Shown piece by piece: positions 1-9,366 of a stretch of 64,000 nucleotides of DNA. Position 1 is the stretch's first letter; every line of letters starts with the position of its first letter. The translations under genes were made by a program, and so were the position numbers. The stretch is from Planctomycetota bacterium (GTDB taxonomy: Bacteria > Planctomycetota > Phycisphaerae > Sedimentisphaerales > CAYZTY01). Under the pieces are notes generated by a model. That model saw nothing but the letters and a program-made list of their open reading frames with translations. It was not told the origin of the DNA and ran no database searches. The stretch lies in contig JBDRHL010000144.1 in the NCBI GenBank assembly GCA_043816955.1, forward strand, positions 3,603 to 67,602, in the 5' to 3' direction.

Positions 1-1
1 G

Positions 2-532
2 GACGGACGGCAAGACCCTTTAACCATCCAAGGCTGGGTACATGAACTGGGTACCGGGGCGTCATTCCCTGCCAACGAATTGATTTCTCTGCATCACGTT
101 TGGACCACATCAATTGTTCCATGTCCGGCTAATTACAATCCCCAAGGGCCTGCCAACCTGGAGGTTGGTATTCAGAACATGACCAACATTTGCTGGACTG
201 ATCTTCACTTTGTTGCCGACGCGGGAATCACTCTGACAAATGATGACGGATGGATTAACGGACAATTGGCTTTTAAGATTGACAATGTCGGGGTCAATAT
301 TCCTTTGATCAATGAGATTGGAGGCAATATCCCGCTTGTTTTCGAGCCTGGGGAAATTTGGGAGTTCGTAATCCAGAACTACAATCCGCCGGCGGCGGCA
401 GTAGCGTTCGGTAGTATCGGAGTCCCAAGCACGAGTGCGGCATCGACGGCAAGTATCATTGCCATTCCTGAGCCAATGACTCTAGCGGTTCTGGCTGTTG
501 GGGCTATCGGACTTTTGAGACGCAAAAAATAG
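2..532 (+). CDS. PEP-CTERM sorting-domain protein (5' end truncated by the window edge)
   Basis: The frame is open from nt 2, with no stop upstream of the track's TTG at 80. The C-terminus IPEPMTLAVLAVGAIGLLRRKK is a PEP motif plus TM helix plus basic tail. Confidence 0.75.
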   Translation, partial: DGRQDPLTIQGWVHELGTGASFPANELISLHHVWTTSIVPCPANYNPQGPANLEVGIQNMTNICWTDLHFVADAGITLTNDDGWINGQLAFKIDNVGVNIPLINEIGGNIPLVFEPGEIWEFVIQNYNPPAAAVAFGSIGVPSTSAASTASIIAIPEPMTLAVLAVGAIGLLRRKK

Positions 533-876
533 TGTCGGAAGAAGTCTAGAGGTCAAGGCAAGAAAGAGTGGAGTATATTCACATCTTTGAAGGGGGAGTG
601 TTTGCAAAAATAAACCAAAGAAGTACTTTAGTGTGAGAGGTGGTGTGGGGATTTCGGTTGGGAAGGTATTATTTTTTTAAGAAGACTATTTTATCCTTGT
701 TTTTTTCGTATTTGAGAGTATACTAACGATATTATGGTTGGAGGAGCGGCAGAGAGTGTTTTTATTATTTCACGTCTGAGTAAACGTTCAGCGGATGTTT
801 TTCCAGCGGAGTAACGATCTGTCAACTGCCTGAGGAACGTAAATTACAGATGATTCAAAAAGGTTGGAGGACTAAA

Positions 877-3081
877 ATGAGAGAGAGCAAAATATCAATC
901 ACCCAGTCTGCAGTTTCAGCAATGGTTTTATGCATGGTTTTAGGTGTTGCGGTCCGGGGGAGCAGTATAAGCGGCAGAGTGAATGATGCGAATGGGGCCG
1001 CGGTTTCAAACATGTGGGTATATACAAGCGATTACGACACGGGTACATACCGGGGAGGTGATTATACCGACAGCAATGGTTTTTATTATATAAGCGGTAT
1101 TCCGGCAGGGGTGATGCGTGTTGAGGCAGGTACGTGGGATACGGGTTACGCGCATCAGTTTTACGATCATAAGACAGACTGGGGTCGGGCAACACAACTT
1201 TGGGTTTGTGAAGGGGAGGACATTGAAAACATCGATTTCGACCTGGTTGAAGCGGCAATCGTCCGGGGATTTGTCAAGGACCCGTGCGGAGCGGGGGTTA
1301 AAGACGTTGTAGTGCAGTATAGCGTCGAAGATATTTATTATGCCTACAGTGTTGTGACAGATTCGAATGGTTTTTATGTCTGTAATGATCTTTTGCCCGG
1401 ATATTCATACGTGGTCAGGATTGACCCTCCTTCGACGAGCGATTATATGATAACTCGTTTCTATATGGCAGTAGCGGAAACGCGGGACTATAACGCGCCA
1501 GATGTTTTTCTGCAGGAAGGGTGTCTTACAGTTTCGGGGAGAATTACCGACAAGTCTACGGGATTGGCGCTGGAAGGTATACAAGTGGGTTGTTATCTTG
1601 AAGGGCTAGGCGTCTGGGGAGGTGATGCCGGAAGCGATGCAAACGGTGTTTACCGGCTGAGCAATCTGCCGCCCGGTGAAGTTGAGATACGGGCTATGCC
1701 GGAATATTATTATGCCGGTATCGGGACAAGTTTTTATCTTGAAAATGATATTAACAACCTTGATTTTGCTTTGCCCAAGGGCGCGACGTTATCGGGCAGG
1801 GTAGTGGACGCGGAAACAGCTGAGGCGGTGGGAGATATAGAAGTGACTTACTGGAATGAAAGATATGCCATATGGGAAAATGATTTTACGGATGCCGACG
1901 GCGAGTTTATGTTCGGAAATCTGCCGGGTGGGATTGCTGAGATAACCGCACGGCCTGAGTTTGATAGCGGCTACTGCTGGTCACTGCCGTGGGGGAGTAA
2001 CTGGTTTTATGTTAATGAGGGAGAGGAACACTCAGGCAGGATCATAGCTATACGAAAAGGCGCGATTGTCAATGTCTGCATGAGGGATGTAAACGGGGTT
2101 GGTATAAGCGACATCGAATATGAGTACATGGGCCGGTTTTCGGAAGGGTGGGGGTATACCGATATGACGGGGGGTTTCAAGGCAAGAGTGCCGTTGGGTG
2201 AGACGGCTATCGGTATCTACGAGGATGAGTTCGGGACACTTGCCCGGAAGGTTCAAATAACGGACATAAACCAAAGCATGGATGTCAACATGACGGTCTA
2301 TTCGGAGCAAAGCGGCGGTACGATATCGGGGATGGTTACGAATCCGGGTAATGATGGGAAAATGGGTGATTTTCTGGTGCTGGCATTTGAAGCAGGGACT
2401 TTGTTTACCGATCCGAACGGGTGGTATCTGATTTTTCCGGTACGTGAATGTGACGGTGAGGCAAACAGTGCATTTTCGATAACGGCTCTTCCGCCAGGTG
2501 TAAATTACGATATTTATCTTACCGTGATAGCAGCGACGGCTGATGATGTAGAATCTCTGGCAGTTTGTGATGGGGAGTTTAACGTTGCTGGTGGGGTGAA
2601 TGATGTCGAACTTTGCTACAGTTCCGAAGGAGGTACTATAAGAGGGAGCATTATCAATGTTTACGGGGATAGTGTAACAGGAGCGACAGCGCTGCTTGGT
2701 GATTCGGTCAGCGGTGAATTCAGGGGATTCGGCGATGTTGACGCCAACGGCGAATACTACATTTACAATGTGCCTGCTAGTAGTTATAAGCTTACCGCTG
2801 TACACAGTAAGTATGCGGAGGCATCAACAAGTGTGGAAGTTTTGGATGGTGCAGCGACAAATGCGGGCAGCCTGGTGGTGGGATTCAGCGGCGAGAAAGA
2901 AGGCGCTGATCTGACCGGCGATGGTAGTGTGGATATGCGTGATGCCGCTGTTTTTGCCGAGCAGTGGCTGAAAGTAGGGGAGGTGGAAGCAGACTTTAAC
3001 CTGGACAGCAATACGGATTTTGCGGACTGGGTCAGGTTTGCCGAGAGCTGGATGTGGAAGGCTATGTGGTATAATGATTAA
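877..3081 (+). CDS. Secreted multi-repeat beta-sandwich protein (carboxypeptidase-regulatory-like repeats) with a C-terminal dockerin-like module
   Basis: GGAGG at 864-868 lies 8 nt before ATG 877. The N-terminus is hydrophobic. There are at least 6 repeats of the type SGRV.D...G..V....TD(S/A)(N/D)G.Y....(L/I)P.G.Y.V.A. The C-terminus has two DxxxDGxxDxxD loops (DLTGDGSVDMRD, DFNLDSNTDFAD). Confidence 0.7.
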   Translation: MRESKISITQSAVSAMVLCMVLGVAVRGSSISGRVNDANGAAVSNMWVYTSDYDTGTYRGGDYTDSNGFYYISGIPAGVMRVEAGTWDTGYAHQFYDHKTDWGRATQLWVCEGEDIENIDFDLVEAAIVRGFVKDPCGAGVKDVVVQYSVEDIYYAYSVVTDSNGFYVCNDLLPGYSYVVRIDPPSTSDYMITRFYMAVAETRDYNAPDVFLQEGCLTVSGRITDKSTGLALEGIQVGCYLEGLGVWGGDAGSDANGVYRLSNLPPGEVEIRAMPEYYYAGIGTSFYLENDINNLDFALPKGATLSGRVVDAETAEAVGDIEVTYWNERYAIWENDFTDADGEFMFGNLPGGIAEITARPEFDSGYCWSLPWGSNWFYVNEGEEHSGRIIAIRKGAIVNVCMRDVNGVGISDIEYEYMGRFSEGWGYTDMTGGFKARVPLGETAIGIYEDEFGTLARKVQITDINQSMDVNMTVYSEQSGGTISGMVTNPGNDGKMGDFLVLAFEAGTLFTDPNGWYLIFPVRECDGEANSAFSITALPPGVNYDIYLTVIAATADDVESLAVCDGEFNVAGGVNDVELCYSSEGGTIRGSIINVYGDSVTGATALLGDSVSGEFRGFGDVDANGEYYIYNVPASSYKLTAVHSKYAEASTSVEVLDGAATNAGSLVVGFSGEKEGADLTGDGSVDMRDAAVFAEQWLKVGEVEADFNLDSNTDFADWVRFAESWMWKAMWYND

Positions 3082-3551
3082 AAGGGACTACTGAAAAACC
3101 AAGAAATCGTATAAAGAGCATTGCAGGGGGGTGTTTTTTACCGGACGTTTGGGGGTAAGCTGTCCAGTCAGAGGGTAATTAAGCAAGAGCTTTTTCCCTG
3201 TGGCTGTGGGTTTTTGCAATTTTAAATCAATCTGTTTTTCATGTTATCAGCGGTTTTTTATATGTCGATATTGTAAGCAGCAGCGTGTTTTAGCAATATG
3301 GATAAAGGGGCGGATCAATGAGAAAGACGGGGCAATGTGAGCACTTTGTACGAAAGATCGCCGGAGAGGCCGGGGACATACAGAACGAACATTTTTTGAA
3401 TCGTAAAGTATTGAACGGGGTTGTATCGAGTAAAAACTGTGATGTCAGGCGGAGGCTGCCGGTATATCAGATAGTTTTTCTTTTTCTGCTGGTTTTTGCG
3501 AAGGCAATGAAATCGTTGCATGATTAGGTGTCAAAAAAAGAAAGGGAAGAA

Positions 3552-4361
3552 ATGAGAAAAACAAAAAATACAAAAACCCGTCTATGTGCGATAATAATTT
3601 TTGCCTTTATTTTCGCTCAACCTGCTTTGGGTGATGAACTTTCGGATTTGAAGGCCAAACTAAAAGCCTTAGAGCAGGAAAATAAAATGCTCAAGGAAAA
3701 GATTACAGCGATGGAGAGCACCCAAGGAGCAGTAACGGCAAAACTCAAGAAAAATCGCAATGGGTGGATGACGGCTGAATATCAGTTTGATACACGCGGC
3801 TTTAACACCATTAACTTTACCGGCGGATCAAAGCTGCCTTACGGATGGAGCCTGTGGGGCTTCATTGATATAGAGACAGCCGACAGTCACGAAGGAAGCA
3901 GAGCAGATGCCCAGGAGTTCTTCACAGAAATAGATTTGAAAAAGGAGCTATACAAGGGATTTGGAGTCGTTCTCGAATATAACGATGGTGAGGCACGTCA
4001 TAACAGTATAGGCAGAGTCGGCGTCAATTATACAGCCCGCTGGGACTGGCTTAAAAAGATGGATTTGGATCTTGCCTTTAAGGTATTCCCAATCGAAACA
4101 GATGGGCATGGCTGGCAGGGGAGTTTTTGCTGGGAAAAGAAGTTCCCGAAGATTTTCGACGGCCGGTTTTCTATGGGAGGATTCTTCGATATCAATTTTG
4201 ACAGCGGGGCCAATGATAATGAAACCAATATTATAACCGAAACCCAGGCCAGATACAAGCTGACAGAAAATCTTGAGGCGTTAGTCGAATTCAGATTCAA
4301 TGAATATCTGGTTGCAAGTCAGGAGCACGGTTTGGGGATAGGATTAAAATATAAGTTTTAG
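3552..4361 (+). CDS. Putative outer-membrane beta-barrel channel (Tsx/DUF5020-like) with an N-terminal coiled coil
   Basis: ATG 3552 follows the purine-rich AAGGGAAG. Signal peptide MRKTKNTKTRLCAIIIFAFIFAQPALG. Heptad segment DELSDLKAKLKALEQENKMLKEKI. Alternating amphipathic strands, and the terminal residues ...GLGIGLKYKF are typical of OM barrels. Confidence 0.55.
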   Translation: MRKTKNTKTRLCAIIIFAFIFAQPALGDELSDLKAKLKALEQENKMLKEKITAMESTQGAVTAKLKKNRNGWMTAEYQFDTRGFNTINFTGGSKLPYGWSLWGFIDIETADSHEGSRADAQEFFTEIDLKKELYKGFGVVLEYNDGEARHNSIGRVGVNYTARWDWLKKMDLDLAFKVFPIETDGHGWQGSFCWEKKFPKIFDGRFSMGGFFDINFDSGANDNETNIITETQARYKLTENLEALVEFRFNEYLVASQEHGLGIGLKYKF

Positions 4362-4388
4362 ACGGAAATTATTTAAGAGAATGAAACG

Positions 4389-5387
4389 ATGAACAAAAAA
4401 ACCATTATGACAATTACAATCATTATTGCCGCCATTCTTATCGGTTTGGGGGGATTCGTATTAAATCAGAAAACTCCTCCTGAAAAAAAGATTTTCACCA
4501 TAGGAATAGCACGCTGGAATTCCGATCCTACCTATAATGGCAATGTTGAGGGGTTTAAAGAGGGACTTGCAGAAATGGGTTATGTAGAAGGGGAAAATGT
4601 AAAGTTTATCATTAAGACTCCTGAAAGTAATTTAGAAATTCAACGCCAGATCATACAATCTTTTATTGATGAAAAGGTGGACCTTATTTTCTCAATTACC
4701 ACACCGGGCACACTAATTGCAAAGGAGATGACCAGTGAGATTCCGATAGTCTTTTCTGTCTGTACCTTTCCGGTAGAATCCAATATTGTTGAATCACTGG
4801 AAAGCTCCGGGAACAATATGGTTGGAACGCGCAACTATATCAATGCAGAGAGGCAGTACGATCAATTTGAGAAAATTTATGCCGGCACGAAGGTATTAGC
4901 GTTTGTTCATCGTAAGAGCGAGGCCAATTCAGATGCACAGTACCTGGAAATGAAGGCCCTGCTCAAAGAAAAAGGGATAGAAGTGATTGATATTGCCGCT
5001 GTCGATTTAGAGGATATGCGAGCACAATTGGAATCGGTCATTGAGGGAGTAGATTCGATGTTTTTAGCCTGTGATACTCTTATAAACGTTGGCGGGGATG
5101 AGATTGTCATAGAAATTAGTAAAAAATACAAGAAACCCTGTTTTGCCTGCCTCAAAGGCAGTGTTCCAAAAGGTGCATTAACTGGAAATGTGGCAGACTT
5201 TCACGCGATTGGAAAACTATCAGGAACAAAAGCAGGGCTAATCCTAAAAGGCGCTAATCCATCTTCTCTGTTAACCGAATCGCCTGCTGAAGATTATGTA
5301 CTTATTAACACCAAAACAGCAAAAGAAATAGGAATGGAAATTCCGCAATATATTTTAGACGATGCCGAAGAGATTATAAGTGAATAA
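4389..5387 (+). CDS. Membrane-anchored periplasmic substrate-binding protein (ABC_sub_bind/PF04392, BMP-related), copy 1
   Basis: N-terminal TM anchor. The body matches the PF04392 pattern (..IGI.....P.....GF..GL...GY.EG.NV.......DLIF.I.TPG......IP.VF..V..PV...). Confidence 0.8.
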   Translation: MNKKTIMTITIIIAAILIGLGGFVLNQKTPPEKKIFTIGIARWNSDPTYNGNVEGFKEGLAEMGYVEGENVKFIIKTPESNLEIQRQIIQSFIDEKVDLIFSITTPGTLIAKEMTSEIPIVFSVCTFPVESNIVESLESSGNNMVGTRNYINAERQYDQFEKIYAGTKVLAFVHRKSEANSDAQYLEMKALLKEKGIEVIDIAAVDLEDMRAQLESVIEGVDSMFLACDTLINVGGDEIVIEISKKYKKPCFACLKGSVPKGALTGNVADFHAIGKLSGTKAGLILKGANPSSLLTESPAEDYVLINTKTAKEIGMEIPQYILDDAEEIISE

Positions 5388-5410
5388 ATAATATAAAGGA
5401 TGGGCACAAA

Positions 5411-6418
5411 ATGAAAATAGACAAAAAAATCATCCTGACAATTACAATCATTATTGCTGCCGTTGTTAGCGGTTTTTGGGGGTTATTCTTAACACATAAA
5501 ACTCCTCCTGAAAAAAAGGTTTTCACCATAGGAGTAGCACGGTGGGGCTCTAATCCGGAATTTACAAGGAATCTTGAAGGATTTAAAGCCGGCTTGGCAG
5601 AAAAAGGGTATGTTGAAGGAGAAAATGTTCGATTTATTATCAAATGCCCTGAAACAGACATGAAAGTACAACGCCAAATCATACAATCTTTTATTGATGC
5701 GAAGGTTGATCTTATTTTTTCAATTACCACGCCGGGCACATTAGTTGCAAAGGAGATGACCAGCGAGATTCCGATTGTCTTCTCTGTCTGTACCTTTCCG
5801 GTAGAATCCGATATTATCGAATCGCTGGAAAGCTCCGGGAACAATATTGTCGGAACGCGCAACTATATTACTGTAGAGAGGCAGTACGATCAATTTGAGA
5901 AAATTTATGCCGGCACAAAGGTATTAGCGTTTGTTCATCGCAAAGACGAGGCCAATTCAGATGAACAGTACCTGGAAATGAGGGACCTGCTCAAAGAAAA
6001 AGGGATAGAAGTAATTGAAATTGCCGCTGTTGATTTAGATGATATGCGAGCACAATTGGAATCAGTCATTGAGGCGGTAGATTCGATATTCTCCGCCTGT
6101 GACACACTAACACATTCTCTCGGGGGAGAAGAGATTATAGTAAGCTTAAGTAAAAAATACAAAAAGCCCTGTTTTGCCTGTAACAAAGAAGGGGCATTGA
6201 GAGGCTCTCTAATGGGTAATATCGCTGATTTTTACGCCATTGGAAAACTATCCGGAATAAAAGCAGGACTCATCCTAAATGGTGCTAATCCATCTTCTCT
6301 GTTAACCGAATCACCCGCTGAAGATTATGTGATTATTAATACGAAAACAGCAGAAGAGCTCGGAATGGAAATTCCGCAATATATTTTAGATGAAGCCCAG
6401 GAGATTGTAAGTGAATAA
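5411..6418 (+). CDS. Membrane-anchored periplasmic substrate-binding protein (PF04392-type), copy 2 (tandem paralog)
   Basis: Same architecture as 4389-5387 and alignable end to end with most residues identical. The antisense shadow ORFs (4640-4834, 5374-5862) also start with near-identical peptides. Confidence 0.8.
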   Translation: MKIDKKIILTITIIIAAVVSGFWGLFLTHKTPPEKKVFTIGVARWGSNPEFTRNLEGFKAGLAEKGYVEGENVRFIIKCPETDMKVQRQIIQSFIDAKVDLIFSITTPGTLVAKEMTSEIPIVFSVCTFPVESDIIESLESSGNNIVGTRNYITVERQYDQFEKIYAGTKVLAFVHRKDEANSDEQYLEMRDLLKEKGIEVIEIAAVDLDDMRAQLESVIEAVDSIFSACDTLTHSLGGEEIIVSLSKKYKKPCFACNKEGALRGSLMGNIADFYAIGKLSGIKAGLILNGANPSSLLTESPAEDYVIINTKTAEELGMEIPQYILDEAQEIVSE

Positions 6419-6441
6419 GTAATGTAAAGCGTGAGCATAAA

Positions 6442-8733
6442 ATGAAGATAGGCAACAAATTGATTATTGGATTCTTGGTCATAGCCTCATTGGTGGGGTT
6501 TGTTGGTATTTTCAGTGCAATTTCTCATAACAACATTCAAGCCAATAATGAAATTGTAACGAAAGTGCTTGAACTTGATACTCTTATTGATGAATCTTTG
6601 GTTAAATTATTAGCACTGATTCAGACTGGAGCCGTTGAAGATTACATCAGGGAAAAAACAGACTATGAAGAGATAAGAGCGGAATTTGACTCGTTATTTA
6701 AGCAGTTAAATAATGAGTACGCAAAAAAGCTTCCAGATTTAGGATTTAATGTAGAGGCTTTTAATAAAGATGCCGGTGAACTTGCAAAGATTTCTAATGG
6801 ATTGATCGCTATTCACAAACGATGCCTTGCAAAAAACAAAGTGTTTAAAGAAAAGGAAAGCCTGGAAAAAGAATTACGACACAAGACTATTCCTGCTTTG
6901 GCTGCAATACAAGATAATGCACTTACCAGAGATGCGGATATAATTCAATATAAAAGTAAGGAGGCAATCTATCAATACAAAGATCAAAAACACAGCGTTG
7001 AATGGTTAGAGGCTATAAGTAAGGTTAAAAATAATTCTTTGATCGCAGCTTCACAGGATGTTTCGAAAGACCTTAATGCTTATGAGCGTGTCGCGCAAGA
7101 TATATGCAAAATTACTGTTGAACAAAACACAATTGAAAAGCAGGAACACCTCGTGTTTGGAGAATTAAAGGAACTGATTAATCGGCTTGAAGAAAACCAG
7201 GGAGAAATCGCGGGTAAGATAAAAGCAGAAAGCCGGGCCTTAGCCAGGAATACCCATTTGACCATGTTTGCTGTGATTGCCGGTGCATTCCTTGTATCGA
7301 TTATTCTGGGATTAACCATTGCTCATTCAATATCAAAACCAGTAATTAGCTTAGCTCAAACCACCCAAGCCATTGCCCAAGGCGATTTCTCTGTGAGGGT
7401 TGATGTTGCTACAGCCGGCGAGATAGGCGACTTAGCCGCTTCCTTTAATAAGATGGCTGAGAATTTACAAAAAACAACCACTTCTGTAGATAATCTCAAT
7501 AATGAAATCATTGAGCGTAAGCAGGTGGAAGAGGCGCTGGGGCAAAGCGAGCACCGCTTCCGGCAGCTAATATCTTCCAGCCCGACAATCATTTATACCT
7601 GCGAGACGTCAGATGATTATGCAACTACTTTTGTGAGCGGAAATATTAAGGATCAGTTCGGCTATAACACAAGTGAATTCACACAGAATCGACGGTTCTG
7701 GATTGATAATATACATCCGGATGACAGGGAGCGAGTATTGAGGGGACTGGGGGAGATTGCAGAAAAGGGTATTTGTGTTTGTGAATGTCGGTTCAGGCAC
7801 AAGGACGGTTCCTGGCGATGGGTACAGAATAAAACGGTGATTTTGCGTGACGAGGAAGGAGAAATTTTGGAACTAATCGGCAGCCTGATCGACATAACCA
7901 AGCAAAAGATCATCGAGAAAGAACGTAAAAAGATCTTTGAGAAGCTCAGGGAATATAACCGGCTTAAAGATGAGCTTATAGCGAATGTTTCGCATGAACT
8001 GAGAACGCCGCTGACGATTTTCAAGAATCTGGTATCCAATGCCCTGGCGGGGGTTCGGGGGGAGATTAACGAGAAACTAGCGAAGGACCTTCAGACAGCA
8101 GATAAGGAGATAGACCGGCTTGGGCGAATAATCAGCAACTTTCTGGATATATCGAGGATCAATGCAGGTCGAATCAAAATTGAGGTAAGTTCGTTCGACA
8201 TTCGGGAGGTTATTCGTGAAGCGGCGGAATTGTGGAGGCCGGTCTTTACTTCGAAGGATACAAAAATCAATACCTTGCTGCCGAATTGTGAGCAAGTAAT
8301 CCTTGCAGATAAGGATCGTATAATGCAAGTTGTGACAAATCTGCTGGCTAATGCACTGAAGTTTGTGCCAAGCACGGACGGGATTGTAGAGATACGATTG
8401 AAAGATATCGATGATGAAGTTTGTGTTGAGGTTGAGGATAACGGCAAGGGTATGGGAAACGGCGACATAAAGAAGGTTTTCAGCCGGTTTGTGCAGATTG
8501 GCAGACAGGAGGGGCCTGGTGAACATGGGACGGGGCTGGGGCTGGCGATATGCAGGGCGTTAATCGAGATACACGGGGGTCGAATCTGGGTTGAAAGCGA
8601 GGAAGGGCGAGGGTCTAAGTTCTGCTTTAGCCTGCCTAAAAACGGAAAGAAGGAGTGGGCAGAAGTGTATCCGGAAAACGGAGCGCTGATGGGTGAGGAA
8701 ACAGAAAATACTTTTGCTCAAAAGAGGGCATGA
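6442..8733 (+). CDS. Sensor histidine kinase (TM, about 245-aa helical periplasmic domain, TM, HAMP, PAS, HisKA, HATPase_c)
   Basis: TM1 LIIGFLVIASLVGFVGIFSAI and TM2 LTMFAVIAGAFLVSIILGLTIA. HAMP segment (GDFSVRVDV..GEIGDLAASFNKM). H-box VSHELRTPL with the His codon at 7993-7995. N/G boxes (LLANALKF, DNGKGM, GTGLGLAI). Confidence 0.9.
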   Translation: MKIGNKLIIGFLVIASLVGFVGIFSAISHNNIQANNEIVTKVLELDTLIDESLVKLLALIQTGAVEDYIREKTDYEEIRAEFDSLFKQLNNEYAKKLPDLGFNVEAFNKDAGELAKISNGLIAIHKRCLAKNKVFKEKESLEKELRHKTIPALAAIQDNALTRDADIIQYKSKEAIYQYKDQKHSVEWLEAISKVKNNSLIAASQDVSKDLNAYERVAQDICKITVEQNTIEKQEHLVFGELKELINRLEENQGEIAGKIKAESRALARNTHLTMFAVIAGAFLVSIILGLTIAHSISKPVISLAQTTQAIAQGDFSVRVDVATAGEIGDLAASFNKMAENLQKTTTSVDNLNNEIIERKQVEEALGQSEHRFRQLISSSPTIIYTCETSDDYATTFVSGNIKDQFGYNTSEFTQNRRFWIDNIHPDDRERVLRGLGEIAEKGICVCECRFRHKDGSWRWVQNKTVILRDEEGEILELIGSLIDITKQKIIEKERKKIFEKLREYNRLKDELIANVSHELRTPLTIFKNLVSNALAGVRGEINEKLAKDLQTADKEIDRLGRIISNFLDISRINAGRIKIEVSSFDIREVIREAAELWRPVFTSKDTKINTLLPNCEQVILADKDRIMQVVTNLLANALKFVPSTDGIVEIRLKDIDDEVCVEVEDNGKGMGNGDIKKVFSRFVQIGRQEGPGEHGTGLGLAICRALIEIHGGRIWVESEEGRGSKFCFSLPKNGKKEWAEVYPENGALMGEETENTFAQKRA

Positions 8734-8813
8734 GAGGGTTGAGAAATTGCGGGTTTGAGGATAGAATCGGGGGGCAGGCGGTTTTATATCATAGTAACTT
8801 GGTTGAGGCGGTA

Positions 8814-9251
8814 ATGCGAGCAATAGTGCAGCGGGTTCTGTCAGCGAAGGTTGAGGTTGAGGGGGATACGGCTGGTCAGATCGGCAGGGGGGTACTGTGC
8901 TATCTTAGTGTCGGGAAAGGGGACAGCGAAAAGGAGGCGGAGTTTTTTGCGCGTAAGATAGCGGGGCTTCGGATATTTGAAGATGAGCAAGGTAAGATGA
9001 ATCTGAGTGTGCAGCAGATCGGCGGAGCAGTGCTGATGATAAGCAATTTTACGCTGCATGGCGATTGTCGCAAGGGGCGAAGGCCGAGTTTTGATTCGGC
9101 GGGTGAGCCTGGTGAGGCAGAGAGACTTTATGAGAAAGTGGCGGAGCTAATTCGTGCAGAGGGGCTGAGGGTTGAGACGGGGGTATTCGGGGCGCATATG
9201 CATGTTGAAAGCATAAATGACGGGCCTGTGAATTTTCTGCTTATTGAATGA
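8814..9251 (+). CDS. dtd: D-aminoacyl-tRNA deacylase
   Basis: MRAIVQRV...SNFTL.GD..KGRRPSF...GAHM.V...NDGPV is the canonical Dtd pattern. I took the internal ATG 8814 as the start, giving the normal 145 aa. Confidence 0.9.
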   Translation: MRAIVQRVLSAKVEVEGDTAGQIGRGVLCYLSVGKGDSEKEAEFFARKIAGLRIFEDEQGKMNLSVQQIGGAVLMISNFTLHGDCRKGRRPSFDSAGEPGEAERLYEKVAELIRAEGLRVETGVFGAHMHVESINDGPVNFLLIE

Positions 9252-9366
9252 GAACGTATAACAAAACCTAACTGGAAAAACAAGGAACCGCTTTGTGGGG
9301 TTATTTTGACAGACCCCTCGACTTCGCTTGGGGTGACGAATCAGGTTTTGTTACAGGCTCTAAAAT

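Larger units (their letters stand above)
4389..6418 (+). repeat. Tandem duplication of about 1 kb (two SBP genes, 23-nt spacer)
   Basis: Long runs of identical nucleotides between the two copies, for example acaattacaatcattattgc and aaaactcctcctgaaaaaaag. Confidence 0.85.

Noticed and set aside
3315-3527. A pair of about 68-aa ORFs on opposite strands (3318-3527 + and 3315-3521 -) in the 470-nt gap upstream of the OM-barrel gene.
   Set aside because: They are mutually overlapping mirror ORFs with no SD and no motifs. The region is more plausibly the promoter and 5' UTR of the A+T-rich island. I looked for riboswitch-like conserved cores and recognised none.
9259-9353. An 11-bp inverted repeat (TAACAAAACCT at 9259-9269 and AGGTTTTGTTA at 9343-9353) enclosing 73 nt with GGGG/CCCC/GGGG segments. 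It lies between convergent dtd and the Cys4 gene.
   Set aside because: There is no U-tract on either strand and no recognisable riboswitch or sRNA motif. It may simply be a structured convergent 3' region, and the evidence is too weak to call a feature.
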